From NCBI GenBank assembly GCA_951406725.2, contig OX597825.1, positions 25,048,001-25,112,000 on the forward strand: a DNA stretch of 64,000 nt, written 5' to 3'. This stretch comes from Octopus vulgaris. Its lineage: Eukaryota. The notes beneath the pieces are model-generated. The model was given only the letters and a program-made list of their open reading frames with translations, searched no databases and was not told the origin of the DNA. Position 1 is the first letter of the stretch; the number at the start of each line of letters is the position of its first letter. Positions 1 to 13,213 of the stretch are shown here, in pieces. Made by a program: the position numbers and the translations under genes.

Positions 1-1229
1 CGTTAAGTTACGGGGATGTAAACACTCCAGCATCAGTTGTCAAACGATGTTGGGGAAGGGACGAACACAGACACGTGCAGGTGGCACGTAAAAAGCACCC
101 ACTACACTCACGGAGTGGTTGGCATTAGGAAGGGCATCCAGCTGTAGAAACATTGCCAGATTAGACTGGAGCCTGGTGCAGCCTTCTGGCTTCCCAGAAC
201 CCCGGTCGAACCGTCCAACCCATGCTAGCATGGAGAACGGACGTTAAACGATGATGATGATATATATATATATTTCTTTACTGCCCACAAGGGGCTAAAC
301 ATAGAGGGGACAAACAAGGACAGACAAAGGGATTAAGTCGATTACATCGACCCCAGTGTGAAGCTGGTACTTTATTTATCGACCCCGAAAGGATGAAAGG
401 CAAAGTCAACCTCGGCAGAATTTGAACTCAGAACGTAGCGGCAGACGAAATACCGACGGGCCTCTTTCAGTTTCCGTCTACCAAATCCACTCACAAGGCT
501 CTGGTCAGCCCGAGGCTATAGTAGAAGACACTTGCCCAAGGTGCCATGCAGTGGGACTGAACCCGGAACCATGTGGTTCGTAAGCAAGCTACTTACCACA
601 CAGCCACTCATACGCCTCTGTGAAAACAATTCACATGGCTTTAGTCAGTTCAGGGCTATAGCAGAAAAGTTAGGATCGAACTCCAAACCATATAGTTGGG
701 AAGCAACTATATCGTCATCATCATCATCATCATTTAATGTCCATTATCCATGCTGCCATGGATTGGGCAGTGTGACCAGAGTTGGCAAGCTGGGGAGCTG
801 CACCAAACTCCAGTCTGATTTGGCATGGTTTCTATGACTGGATGCCCTTCCTAACGCCAACTACTTTATAGAGTATGCTGTATATATATATCTATATTCC
901 ACACACATATGCACATATATTTATATATATTTTCACAGGTACATATTTCCTAATGCCAAAATTATTCAGAGCAAAGCTAGAAATATTTAGTTTTTAATAC
1001 AGAACTACCTAATTCACATACCGTAGCGCCTCGATATACGAGTAAATTTTTTCCTGGAGACCGCTCGTAAAGAGACATGAAATGAAGTGGCTTGCTCAAG
1101 AACACAATGCACTGCCCAGTCCAGGAATTGAAACCACAATCTTACGATCATGAGTCCAACACCCTAACCACTAGGCCATGTGCCTCTACCTCGCAATACT
1201 GCAAAGTTATAAAGAACATTGCTACCAAC

Positions 1230-1292
1230 CTGTCAAAAACACCAGCAACAGTTAACAAACCAAGAGATATCCACTGTATTGATGTTATAGGC
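1230..1292 (-). CDS. SLC35A4: SLC35A4-like exon (PITSIQWISLGLLTVAGVFD)
   Basis: tctttgcag|G CCT...GAC AG|gttggt; 63 nt, phase 2-2. QWxxLxLLxxxG helix of SLC35A family. Confidence 0.88.
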
Positions 1293-1949
1293 CTGCAAAG
1301 AAATAAACAGCTTTGATTAAAACGTAACAACTGCACCAACAATTACATAACAAGAAGAAGAAGAAGAACTACAACAACAACAATAACGATTCTTTCAAAT
1401 TTCAGCACAAGGTCAGCAATTCTACATCAATTACATTGACCCCAGTACTTGACTGGTACTTTATTTTATGCCAGCATAAAATAAAAATGAACTTGTAAAG
1501 ACCCAGAAGAAATGCCACAAAGTATTTTGTCCAGCAGGCTAAGGACAATTCTGTCACCTTGTGGTCTTCAGAATAATCCTTTCAACTATAGGTACAAGGT
1601 TGAAAATCTTGGCCCCAGCAGTCTGATTCTGTCAGATCGCATCCTTAATAATAATAATAATGATGGCGATGATGATGATGATGATGATGATGATGATAAT
1701 AAATAATAATAATAATAATAATAGTAATAATAATCCTTTCTACTGGAAGCACAAGGCCTCCAATTTGGGGGAAGAGATTAAGTCAATTAAATCGACTCTG
1801 ATGCGTAACTGGTCCTTAATTTATCGATCCTGAAAGGATGAAAGGCAAAGTCAATCTTGGTGGAATTTGAACTCATAACATAAAGACAGATGAAATACCA
1901 TTAAGCATTTCACCCAGCATGCTAATGGTTCTGCCAGCTCACCACCTTA

Positions 1950-1985
<36 letters not shown>

Positions 1986-2159
1986 GTAATAATAATAATC
2001 CTTTCTACTATAGACACAAGGAGCCAGTTAGATCAACCCCAGTTGAAAGGTTGAAAGACGAGATCTACACTGGTGGAATTTGAACTCAGAACGTAAAGAC
2101 AGATGAAATACTGTTAAGCATTTTGTTCGGCATGCTAGCGATTCTGGCAGCTCGCCGCC

Positions 2160-2181
2160 TTAATAATGATGATGATGATGG

Positions 2182-2223
<42 letters not shown>

Positions 2224-2322
2224 GGAGGAGGAGGAGGAGGAGGAGAAGAAGAAGAAGAAGAAGAAGAAGAAGAAGAAGAAAAGATGATGATGATGATGAT
2301 GATGAACAACAACAACAACAAC
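2160..2322. repeat. Compound trinucleotide microsatellite (TAA)(GAT)(GAG)(GAA)(GAT)(CAA)
   Basis: Directly visible. Confidence 0.95.
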
Positions 2323-2806
2323 TGTTTTTGATTTAGGCATAAGGCCAAACCAGGAAATAAATCACTTCCAACTCTTAATTTAATTAGAAACAAATGAACA
2401 AATTTAAAGATATTGTATTTTACTCTAGGCACAAGACCCGAAATTTTGGGGAAGGGGGCCACTCAATTCGATCGACCCCAGTAAACAACTGGTACTTAAT
2501 TTATCAACCTCAAAAGGATGAAAGGCAAAGTTGACCTCGGCGGGATTTGAACTCAGAACGTAAAGACAGACGAAATACCGCTAAGCATTTCGCTCAGTGT
2601 GCTAACGTTTCTGCCAGCTCGCTGCTTTACAAATTTTAAAATATCCAAAAGAAAACACTTAGGAAATTAAAAAAGAAATTATTTCAAATAAAAATACTAA
2701 CAAAACTAAAAAAAGGAAGTATGTGTAACGAAGGATTCGGCAAAATTCACAAAACTAATTAAACTGTAAAAATATATTGGAACAAAAGACTTGTGGAAGT
2801 ACTCAC

Positions 2807-2865
2807 CGTTTAATAATTAACCGGTATAATAAAGCTGTAGTGGCTATTTTTAAATTACTCAAGAC
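2807..2865 (-). CDS. SLC35A4: SLC35A4-like exon (VLSNLKIATTALLYRLIIKR)
   Basis: ttgtag|GTC...AAACG|gtgagt; 59 nt. Continues TYQ-VLSNLKI as in SLC35A4. Not in the supplied ORF track. Confidence 0.93.
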
Positions 2866-2971
2866 CTACAAATGGTAAATACACAAAAAGAAAAAACAAA
2901 TAAGGAGAATGTTGTTTATTAATAATGTAACTATTTTTTGAAATATCCTCAATCCAACCACACACACACAC

Positions 2972-3018
<47 letters not shown>

Positions 3019-3252
3019 TAAATGGATATGTAAGTCAACAGATAGATAAATAAATAGATAGGTACATAGGTAATATGGACAGATAAGCACACACACACAC
3101 ACACACACACACACAAGGACACATAGGGAGACACACATCCATACATAACAGACACACGTACATAGTCACACTAACCCATATACATAGACACACTCAAACA
3201 CGCACACACAAGGAGACAGAGGTACACACAGAAATACACACACAAACACATG

Positions 3253-3283
<31 letters not shown>

Positions 3284-3930
3284 GCATGCACACACACACA
3301 CACATACATACATACATATATATGTACGTGTATACACATGCACACTGACACACACACATGTGCACTAACAAACAAAAAGAACGCAACTCTGATAATAGAC
3401 AGAGTCAAAAACTATTTAAGACAATGAAAATTTTAGAAAAAAATAAATAAGTAAATGAGTGGAAATCAAACTGGTGTATTAAGTAATAAGGCACTAAATG
3501 AGAATGATTCTCCCCAGACACTATAATCAATATATATATATATTATATCATCATCATTTAGCGTCCGTTCTCCATGCTAGCATGGGTTGGACGGTTCAAC
3601 TGGGGTCTGTGAAGCTGGAAGGCTTCATCAGGCCCAGTCAGATCTGGCAGTGTTTCTACGGCTGGATGCCCTTCCTAACGCCAACCACTCGTGAGTGTAG
3701 TGGGTGCTTTTTACGTGCCACCCGCACAGGTGCCAGACAGAGCTGGCAAACGGCCATGAACGGATGGTGCTTTTACGTGTCATCGGCACGGGGCCAGGCG
3801 AGGCTGGCAACGGACACGAACGGATGGTGCTTTTACGTGCCACCAACACGGGGGCCAGACAGAGCTGGCAAACGGCCACAAAACGGATGGTGCTTTTACG
3901 TGTCACCGGCATGGGGGCCAGGCGATAGAG

Positions 3931-4180
3931 ATATAATATAAATTAGAGATAAAACCTCTATTATGCAACTCAAACAGTGACAGACATAAACCAAAACATA
4001 AATAATAAATAATAGATATCTTTATTATGTTTTGGTTTATGTCTATCACTGTTTGAGTTGCATAATAGAGGTTCTGTCTCTAATTTATATTTTATATATT
4101 TATACTGTGAAATTTGATTTAATACTAAATTGAATTTTTCCCTGTAAGTTTGGAGTTATACTCCCTAATATTATATATAT
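3931..4180. repeat. Fold-back element (arms ~3935-4001 / ~4025-4091) with extension ending in (TA)n
   Basis: Imperfect ~67-bp inverted repeat; no hammerhead core found. Confidence 0.7.
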
Positions 4181-6686
4181 ATATATAGATAGATAGATAC
4201 AGGCATACTTCCGCCACAAATATTGGAAACATAAAATCATTAAAAAAACGTTAAAAGCACATAAAATCATGTTACTGTACAATAAATAAGAATAAAAGCG
4301 TATAAAATCATAGTAATATACATGTTAAGATACACACCATAAAGTAGTGTAGCTTAGTGAACGAAATCCAGAAATGCATTCATAAATAAAGTACAGAACT
4401 GGGAATGGTTATTATTGGTTCAGACAAGAGACAAGTAAATTCGATTTAAGCCGTGTTTCCTGGACCCAATTAATGATGTAGGGTGAGGTATGTCTGTATA
4501 TATACATCAGTGGCGAAGGGTAACTAGGAAACTAGGGAATGCAGTCCAGCCAGCCACACACAAATACACTGAGGTTTGTTGGGGAGCGGTGGGTTCCGAG
4601 TGTTCCACCCCTCCCCCGTTTTCCATGAGAAGTGTAGTATTATATGCTTTGAGATATATCATCATCATCATCATCGTTTAACATCCGCTTTCCATGCTAG
4701 CATGGGTTGGACGGTTCACCTGGGGTCTGGGAAGCCCGAAGGCTGCAGCAGGCCAGTCAGATCTGGCAGTGTTTCTACAGCTGGATGCCCTTCCTAACGC
4801 CAACCACTCCGTGAGTGTAGTGGGTGCTTTTTATGTGACACTGACACAGGTGCCAGACGAGGCTGGCGAACGGCCACGCTTGGATGGTGTTTTTTTTTAT
4901 GTGCCACGGGCACAGGTGCCAGACGAGGCTGGCAAACAGCCACGCTCGGATGGTGTTTTTTACGTGCCACCAGCACGGAGGCCAGGCGATGCGGTACTGG
5001 CTACGGCCACGTTCGGATGGTTTTCTTATGTGCCACCGGCACTGGTACCACAAAACTACAAATTCCATTGATGTTCATCGATTTTGATTTGATTTGATTT
5101 TGGAATCTGAAAATGAAAATAGTTTCCCCTCACTACAATGCACTATTTTGAAGTAATTAGTAACACACGAGAAATGTCCATACAAGCGTTTCCAAAATAT
5201 ATACAGGAATTCCGGGATTAGTGCGCAAAAAAGTTCTGAGACTGCCCCTTAATATAAGCGATGTCAAATTTGATTAGGTTGTTTCAATAAGTGTTTGTCT
5301 ACTTTTTCTGCACAATCCCTTTGAAGCATTAGCAGCACCTCATCTTCAGTTGCACACCAATCTTTCACGCATGAGGTCTGAGGTCATGTGCCACACCTAC
5401 CAGTGCTTAACTAGCATATTCAAAATAAATCGACAAAACTTCTTGAAATTCCACCAAAAGTCAAATGGCTCTCTTTACTCTTCTACTTGCTTCAGTCATT
5501 TGACTGTGGCCATGCTGGAGCACCGCCTTTAGTTGAATCAAATCGACCCCAGGACTTATTCTTTGTAAGCCTAGTACTTATTCTATCGGTCTCTTTTGCC
5601 GAAACACTAAGTTACGGGGACCTAAGCACACCAGCATCAGTTGTCAAGCAATGTTGGGGGGACAAACACAGATACACAATATACACACACACACATATAA
5701 ACATATATACGACGGGCTTCTTTCAGTTTCCATTTACCAAATCCACTCACAAGGCTTTGGTGGATCCGAGGCTATAGTAGAAGACACTTGCCCAAGGTGC
5801 CACGCAGTGGGACTGAACCCGGAACCACGTGGTTGGTAAGCAAGCCATTTACCACACAGCTGGAAATACTCCCACTTCTAATATCGTAGCCATATTGAAG
5901 TGGCGAGCTTGCAGATTTGATAGCAAGTCAGATGTGACGCTTTGCAGTATTTCATCCGTACTTACGCTCTCAGTTCAAATTCTGCCAGGGTTGACTTTGC
6001 CTTTCATCTGTTCAGGATCTATAAATTAAGTACCAGTCAAGCACTGGGGTCGATGTAATCGACTAGACCCATTCCCCCAAAATTTCAACCTTTGTGGCTG
6101 CATAGGAAAGGAATATTGTAGTCCTATTGAACCATGCCTATTTTTAAAGAACATTGCATATAGAAACGAAATCAGAAAACAATATTCCAAAATACGATGT
6201 GTATTTTTCAGTGGAGTCTAGCATGGCAAAGCTGATTTTAAGAAGGAGCATCAGTCAGATCATCCTAATTTTTCTTGCATTTTATAATTATAACTTTTTT
6301 CTAAAACAAAACAGCACTCCACGAATTTTGGGGGGGTTTTTACTGCTTCCTTGATTTTTTAATAGTATTTTATGTCTCATAAATATACAAGCTAAAGTGA
6401 ATTTTGTCCCGTTTCTTAATTACAAAAAAAACAATAGGTGCATTTTTTAAAGAATTTTATTTATTTGTGCCAGTTTTTAAGTATGCTTGGCCATAACTGA
6501 AAAACCAACATTTAGCCAGGAACTTTTCAGCACTGCCTCATATGTGTGTATATATGATGATGATGATATTTACAAGTATGTATGCACATGCATGTTTAGT
6601 TTTTGTACCTGTACATCTGTGTAGTGTAGGAAAAGACTGTTAGTCTGTATGGTCTCAACTATTTTCACATGCTTTCCCTCATACAC

Positions 6687-7390
6687 ATCATCATCATCAT
6701 TTAACGTCCGCTTTCCATGCTAGCATGGGTTGGACGGTTCAACTGGGGTCTGGGGAGCCCGAAGGCTGCACCAGTCCAGTCAGATCTGGCAGTGTTTCTA
6801 CAGCTGGATGCCCTTCCTAACGCCAACCACTCCGAGAGTGTAGTGGGTGATTTTATGTGCCACCGACACAGGTGCCAGACGAGGCTGGCAGACGGCCACG
6901 CTCGGATGGTGTTTTTTATGTGCCACCGACACAGGTGCCAGACGAGGCTGGCAGACGGCCACGCTCGAATGGTGTTTTTATGTGCCACCGACACAGGTGC
7001 CAGATGAGGCTGGCAAACGGCCACGATCGGATGGTGTTTGTTACGTGCCCACAGCACGGAGGCCAGTCGATGCGGTACTGGCTACGGCCACGTTCGGATG
7101 GTTTTCTTGTGTGCCACGTGCCACTGGCACTGGTACCACAAAGATACAAATTCCATTGATGTTCATCTATTTTGATTTGTTTTGATTTTCACTTGCCTCA
7201 TCAGGTCTTCACAAGTGTCACAAGAAGGAAGGTAAGCACAGGTGGACTGACTACGTCCCAGGTAGGGGCCACGGTACTGGCTATGGCCACGTTCGGATGG
7301 TTTCCTTGTGTCCCACCGGCACTGGTACCACAAAGATACAAATTCCATTAATGTTCATCTATTTTGATTTGTTTTGATTTGATTTGATAT
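6687..7390 (-). mobile_element. RTE 3'-UTR-derived repeat (representative; others start near 75(+), 715, 3547, 4659, 12700, 13430(+), 19929, 25330, 31167, 33058, 34766, 35466, 51158, 62594, 63640(+))
   Basis: Shares (cat)n-cgtttaacgtccgctttccatgctagcatgggttggacg... with the 3' end of the RTE at 22839; variable number of ~60-bp internal repeats. Confidence 0.85.
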
Positions 7391-7826
7391 AATTATATTT
7401 ACAGGTGTAATTAATTTAACTTAAATTACCAAAATGCTACTCTATTTATAGTTTTATAAAAATATATATATATATAAAACTATAAATAGTTTTATACAAC
7501 TTATAATGGTCTATTCTTATTTACATTAAATAGCAATATATATATAACTCTCAGCTAGTTGGGCATATCACCATCTTTAGAACATTCACCTTTTCCATGC
7601 TTGCATGGGTCGGACAGAGTTTAGTGAGGCTGAATTTCCATGGTTGGATGCACTTCCTATCACAAACCCTCACCTTTTTCCAAACAAAGTAATATTTTCC
7701 CATAGCCAGACATTTTCTTACAGAAGTCTGAAAATGAACGACACTGTTTGTATGACTGTCACAATCCTTCTGCAACTATTATGTAACGTCAAGACAAGGA
7801 GATGCAAACACACACGAAACACTCTT

Positions 7827-7857
<31 letters not shown>

Positions 7858-8994
7858 AACACACACGACCAGGACCCTTTCAAGTTCCACCCACCAAATC
7901 TACTCACAAGGCTAAGTGTGGAGATGTAAACAAACCAATATCGTATTTCTTTACTACCCATAAGGGGCTAAACACAGAGAGGACAAACAAGGACAGACAA
8001 ACGGATTAAGTCGATTATATTGACCCCAGTGCGTAACTGGTACTTATTTAATCGACCCCGAAAGGATGAAAAGCAAAGTCGACCTCGGCAGAATTTGAAC
8101 TCAGAACATAGCAGCAGACGAAATACCGCTAACCATTTTGCCCGGCGCGCTAACGTTTCTGCCAGCTCGCCGCCTTGTCAAGCAAGAGGGTAGGAGGACA
8201 AACACACACATACACATTCTCCTCCCACCCTCCATATATAAGCATGGCCATGTGGTAAGAAGTTTACTTTCTATCCACATGGTTCTAGGTTCAACCCCAC
8301 TGCACTGCACTCAGGACAGGTGTCTTATATTGTTGTACAAGTCATACAACTGTACTAACAATGGTTCAATGATTTCTAAATAGACGTATACAATCAATTG
8401 AAACAGTTGGCTCCAGTATTTGGCAGTCTTTTTCCGCTTTTTATAATTTTCATTCACCTCAAAAAAAAAATAAATAAATAAAAATGAAAGTGAGCCCCTG
8501 CCAGAACATGGAGACATGTAATTAAACATCTTAAGGAATTCTGTTTGATGCTCTTGATGGTATTTCACCTGTTAGCAACAGCTTTCCACCAGTCTTAATA
8601 TCAAAGTACCACAGTTAGTAAAATGTAGGAATATGTGTGACACCATGGTGCTAACGGCTACTTGTAGGCGGGGGAGGAAATATAGATTAGTATGTCTTCA
8701 GGTTGAATGCAACTATGCTAATTGTTAGATCCCACCCTGTTTTGGCTCTCTTTCTGCTATTGATAAATAAGATTCCGGAAACAGCAGAAGTTACTGTTAA
8801 ATTGGCTGGGTCAGAGATATTTCACACGTTTTAATTATGTCAGTGTTGACTGTTGATTACTTATCTATCTCCTACATTGCCTTCATTTAAACAGAATCAG
8901 AATAACTGATTTCAAAACTTATAGACTGTGAATTAGAACCAGAATATTATTGACTAAATGCCATTTTAATTGGCAGGTAATTTGGAACAGACTA

Positions 8995-9399
8995 ACTCTT
9001 ACTCTTTACTCTTTTACTTGTTTCAGTCATTTGACTGCGGCCATGCTGGAGCACCGCCTTTAGTCGATCAAATCGAACCCCGGAACTTATTCTTTGTAAG
9101 CCCAGTACTTATTCTATCGGTCTCTTTTGCCGAACCGCTAAGTGGCGGGGACGTAGACACACCAGCATCGGTTGTCAAGCAATGCTAGGGGGACAAACAC
9201 AGACACACAAACACATATATATATATACATATATACGACAGGCTTCTTTCAGTTTCCGTCTACCAAATCCACTCACAAGGCATTGGTCGGCCCGGGGCTA
9301 TAGCAGAAGACACTTGCCCAAGATGCCACGCAGTGGGACTGAACCCGCAACCATGTGATTGGTTAGCAAGCTACTTACCACACAGCCACTCCTGCGCCT
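8995..9399 (-). mobile_element. tRNA-derived SINE family 1, full length (others ~5470-5860, 17530-17920, 26808-27208, 29579-30046, 31913-32336, 52645-53040, 54571-54997, 57535-57947, 58555-58949, 59555-59954, 61437-61845)
   Basis: Head GGCGCAGGAGTGGCTGTGTGG (A box) followed by a B-box region (GGTTCAGTCCC), an internal (TA)/(TG) microsatellite and a (GAGTAAA)n-like tail; many near-identical copies. Confidence 0.9.
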
Positions 9400-9970
9400 A
9401 TATATTTTATTTCTACATACTTGAGAAGAGTGAATACTAAAAACTCATTATATGGACATAAAATAAGAACTATGATTCCTTACAAGGTTGCATGTTTAGC
9501 AAGCTATGTAACAAGTAGACACTAGCATTTATTTTATTGTATCTGGGGTGAGCCTTTCTGTTTTAATGTCTTATTAATTAACACACTCACCAGTTCGATT
9601 TCCACTCATTTACTTATTTATTTAAAAAAATTTTTTTTTCCTTGCAACTTCTTCAATAGTCGTTGACTCTGTCCATTATCAGAGCTGCATTCATTTTGTT
9701 TTTTTGTGCACATGTGTGTGCATCAGTGTGCATGTGTATACACATATGCATGTATGTATGTATTGTATGTATGCATATATATATATATGTATGTGTGTAT
9801 ATATATATTATATATATATATATATAAACTATTTATAAGTAAGGGCAAAAAAAAAAGTTCCTAATGCCAAAATATGCTGAAAATAGACATAACGTCAATA
9901 ACCATGTAATTTATCACTACAAGCATGTGTTTCGAAGACAGCCAACAGAAACTTCTAAAAAATCCCGTTA

Positions 9971-10031
9971 TTACCATATCGGACCCAATTTCAGAGTTAG
10001 TTCATAAGAACCTTCCCTTCATCAGTGATAA
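9971..10031 (-). ncRNA. Type I hammerhead ribozyme motif (inverted twin of 10267-10327)
   Basis: Reverse complement of 10267-10327; lies on the SLC35A4 sense strand. Confidence 0.75.
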
Positions 10032-10266
10032 ATGCGGCAAAGAAATAAGTGAAATACTTACTTATACCCACGGAAGAAGCGAGCACTAAGTCATGAGTAC
10101 AATTAAGTACCCCAAATATATCCAAAATAGAAACTCTCTAGCCCATCTCGAGACACGTGTGATTCAAACTGAAAAACTCTCGTAAAGTGAGAGAGTCCGG
10201 AAGTGAACACTATTAAATTAACATCCGTGGGTATAAGTAAGTATTTCACTTATTTCTTTGCTGCAT

Positions 10267-10327
10267 TTATCACTGATGAAGGGAAGGTTCTTATGAACTA
10301 ACTCTGAAATTGGGTCCGATATGGTAA
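10267..10327 (+). ncRNA. Type I hammerhead ribozyme motif
   Basis: UUAUCA-CUGAUGA-AGGG aag GUUC uuau GAAC uaa CUCU-GAAA-UUGGGUCCG-AUA^UGGUAA. Stem I 6 bp; self-complementary stem III AUUGGGUCCGAU; AUA site after 10321. Confidence 0.75.
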
Positions 10328-10942
10328 TAACAGGATGTTTTGGAAGTTTCTGTTGGCTTTCTTCGAAACACATGCTTGTAGTGATAAATTACATGGTTAT
10401 TGATGTTGTGTCTATTTTTGGCATATTTTGGCATTAGAAATTTTTTCTTTTGCCCTTACTTATAAATTGTTTATAAATTTAACCTTTAAAGGTACTTTTT
10501 AATATGCTGGCCATTGAGAGAATTTTTTTCGAAAAATTTTATCCTACATTTGATGTTAATTTAATAGTGTTCACTTCCAGACTCTCTCACTTTACGAGTG
10601 TTTAAGAAGAGTACCTAGCCATAGAAACCATGCCAAGGCAGACATTGGAGCATGATGTAGTCCTTGAATTGGTCAGATTCTGTTGAACTGTCCAACCCAT
10701 GCCAGCATGGAAGATGGATGTTGAAAGATGATGCCGATGATTTAACATACTTCATACACTGAGTTCTAATTCTCCAATTTATGCCCCCAAACCTATACCC
10801 ACCAAAGTGACCCCTCCCCCACTACAAGGCACACATGTACACACACAATCATGCACACATACACAGGTGCGTGTATGTATATGCGTGCACACACACACAC
10901 ACACACACTGGCACAAACACAGAGGCCAGAAACACTGATTAC

Positions 10943-11107
10943 CTGGTAAGTTGTGGGGTCCATTTGTAGTTGCATATGTACAGCTATGTTGTTATTTATG
11001 AAGTACAGAATGGCTGGAACTGCGAATGGAATACAAAACCAAAAAGATGGAACCTGGAAGCCAGTTTTCCAGCTGTCGATGGAAAATAAGGTTACAGAGA
11101 TCACAAT
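10943..11107 (-). CDS. SLC35A4: SLC35A4-like exon (IVISVTLF...FAVPAILYFINNNIAVHMQLQMDPTTYQ)
   Basis: tttcag|ATT...CAG|gtaatc; 165 nt, phase 0-0. PFAxxAxLYxxNNNxxxxxQxxMDPxTYQ is characteristic of SLC35A4/SLC35A nucleotide-sugar transporters. Confidence 0.95.
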
Positions 11108-11429
11108 CTGAAACGAGAGAAAAATAGAGGAAATCAGTAAAACAATAGCTGACTCACATCATGTTGTTGTAGTTCATTGTCAGGTCAGCCAGCTGGCAGA
11201 GCTAGAGTGTATACTGCCCAGGACAACCCAGAGCCATCCCACTAACCTATACAGACTTATATAGCAGACCCCAAAATGCTACTTCCAGAAAAGCATTACC
11301 CAGGCTGGATGTTGGTCATGCTGGTGGAGGGAAACTAAAGCGACAAACGGAGTGGGAGTGAGTGACAGTCAGAGACACTAAATGCAGGTGAACTACAGTG
11401 AACTATCATTCACATAACATTCATAACTT

Positions 11430-11975
11430 ATGTATATTATATATATTCAATAATGAGGGTGAATAAAATTATAGATATTAATTCAATAATACCCTTATTT
11501 TAACACCAAGCGACCTAGCACAATAAACCGGGGATACAAATTCATATTTATCCGTAAATATAAGAGAGCCAACTTTGAATATGTTAACTCTAGTGCTAGA
11601 AATAGCTCCACCGGTAGTCGCCAACGATAATTCCACATAGAAATAGCACTTTTCGGCGGGGAATTCGTAACTACAACCCTGAATGTAATTGACCAGACCA
11701 CATGGTTAATCGTCGCCTGTATCGGTCTGATTAATTATATTGACAAATGTTGCTGACGAATCATAGACAATTATGTAAGTATAATCTGCATATTTTGTTA
11801 ATGAGGAAACAATTGTACAACATTAATCCATTATTTGGTTGTATTTCAATTTCATAGCGTTGATTGTAGTGCTATTTCTATGTGGAATTATCGTTGGCGA
11901 CTACCGGTGGAGCTATTTCTAGCACTAGAGTTAACATATTCAAAGTTGGCTCTCTTATATTTACGGATATATTAT
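11430..11975. mobile_element. Fold-back Penelope/retrozyme-like element
   Basis: 102-bp inverted arms 11549-11650 and 11868-11969, a hammerhead between them, and TA-rich flanks. Outer limits approximate. Confidence 0.7.
11746..11824 (+). ncRNA. Type I hammerhead ribozyme motif with extended stem II
   Basis: AAUGUUG-CUGACGA-[46-nt hairpin: UCAU/AUGA, GACAA/UUGUU, UAUGUA/UGCAUA]-GAAA-CAAUU-GUA^CAACAUU. Perfect 7-bp stem I; palindromic stem III ACAAUUGU. Confidence 0.82.
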
Positions 11976-11978
11976 ATA

Positions 11979-12363
11979 CTAGCAGTATCGCCCGGCGTTG
12001 CTCAGGTTTGTAAGGGAAATAACTATAAAGCATTTTTAGAGAGTTATAGCCAAAAAATAGCAAAAAAATGGAAAAAAAAATGATGGTAAATTTTTTTGAG
12101 AGTTAAAACAGGTGGAGTTGCGTCCCCTAGACGGTCTGTGGTTTGGGTTTCTCATTCTCGACCCCATGTCGAATTTATCGATTTTTTTCAGAACTGGGGG
12201 AACTTTTCAAAATTTTCGCTGCGTTAGTTTTGAATTATGACATTGGGCTATGTGTGTGTCAAGTTTCATCAGAATCGGTTGAAAGCCGTGGTCAGAGTGA
12301 GGGTACGAGAAAACAGACACACAGAAACACGCACAGACAAACTGCCGTTTATATAGAGAGAGA
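11979..12363 (-). mobile_element. Non-autonomous Helitron-like element (related pieces 42231-42490(+), 42922-43020(-), 63174-63215(-))
   Basis: 5' TC(TC)TATATAAA, 3' GC-rich hairpin followed by CTAG, no TSD. Confidence 0.7.
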
Positions 12364-13176
12364 TATATATATTTTCCCTTTGTGTTAGACTATTTTTACA
12401 TGCTAGCCTTTCCTGATATTAGCCCCTTTTTCTTTTTCACAAAATAAAGGATGAGGACAGATGTTTAAAGAAGTGCTGAGCTCAAACTGTGGAGAGATAG
12501 ACTCAGGAAGACATGGGACGAAGTAGTGAAGCATGGTCTTTGAACTTTGGGCCTCCTGGAGACAATGACTAGTGACCAAGGCCTTTGACGATATGCCATG
12601 CTTGAGATGACCCATCAAGCCAAGTGAAACTGTAGTTGTGGCCGATGCTGGTGTTACATAACTGTTAGCATTTTTGATGATATGCATATGCTATCATTAT
12701 CATCATCATCGTTTAACGTCCGTTCTCCATGCTAGCATGGGTTGGACGGTTCGACCGGGGATCTGGGAAGCCAGAAGGCTGCACCAGGCTCCAGTCTTAT
12801 CTGGCAATGTTTCTACAGCTGGATGCCCTTCCTAACGCCAACCACTCCATGAGTGTAATGGGTGCTTTTTACGTGCCACCCGCACAGGTGCCAGGCGAGG
12901 CTGGCAACAGCCACGGTCGGATTGGTGCAATTTACGTGCCACCGGCACGGAAGCCAGTTGAGGCGGTGCTGGCATCGGCCACGATTCGGATAGTGCTTTT
13001 TACGTACCACCAGTCCAGGGGTCCTGGCATCTGCCGGGTGCCAGTCATAGGATTGGTTCAATTTCGATTTCGATTTCACTTGCCCCAACATGTCTTCGCA
13101 AGCAAGGGGGATCATATACATTATATACATGTGGTTTGTGTGTGTGTGTGTGTGTGCGTGCAAATATGTATGTGCA

Positions 13177-13213
<37 letters not shown>

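Larger units (their letters stand above)
9822..10598. mobile_element. Fold-back, circularly permuted Penelope/retrozyme-like element (~480-bp monomer)
   Basis: ~9822-10074 is inverted relative to ~10224-10475, and 10179-10226 is inverted relative to 10552-10598. Starts in a (TA)n tract and contains a hammerhead in each long arm. Confidence 0.8.

Noticed and set aside
4440-4520. Minus-strand CTGATGT...GAAACACGGC
   Set aside because: Core mismatch and no convincing stems or NUH site.
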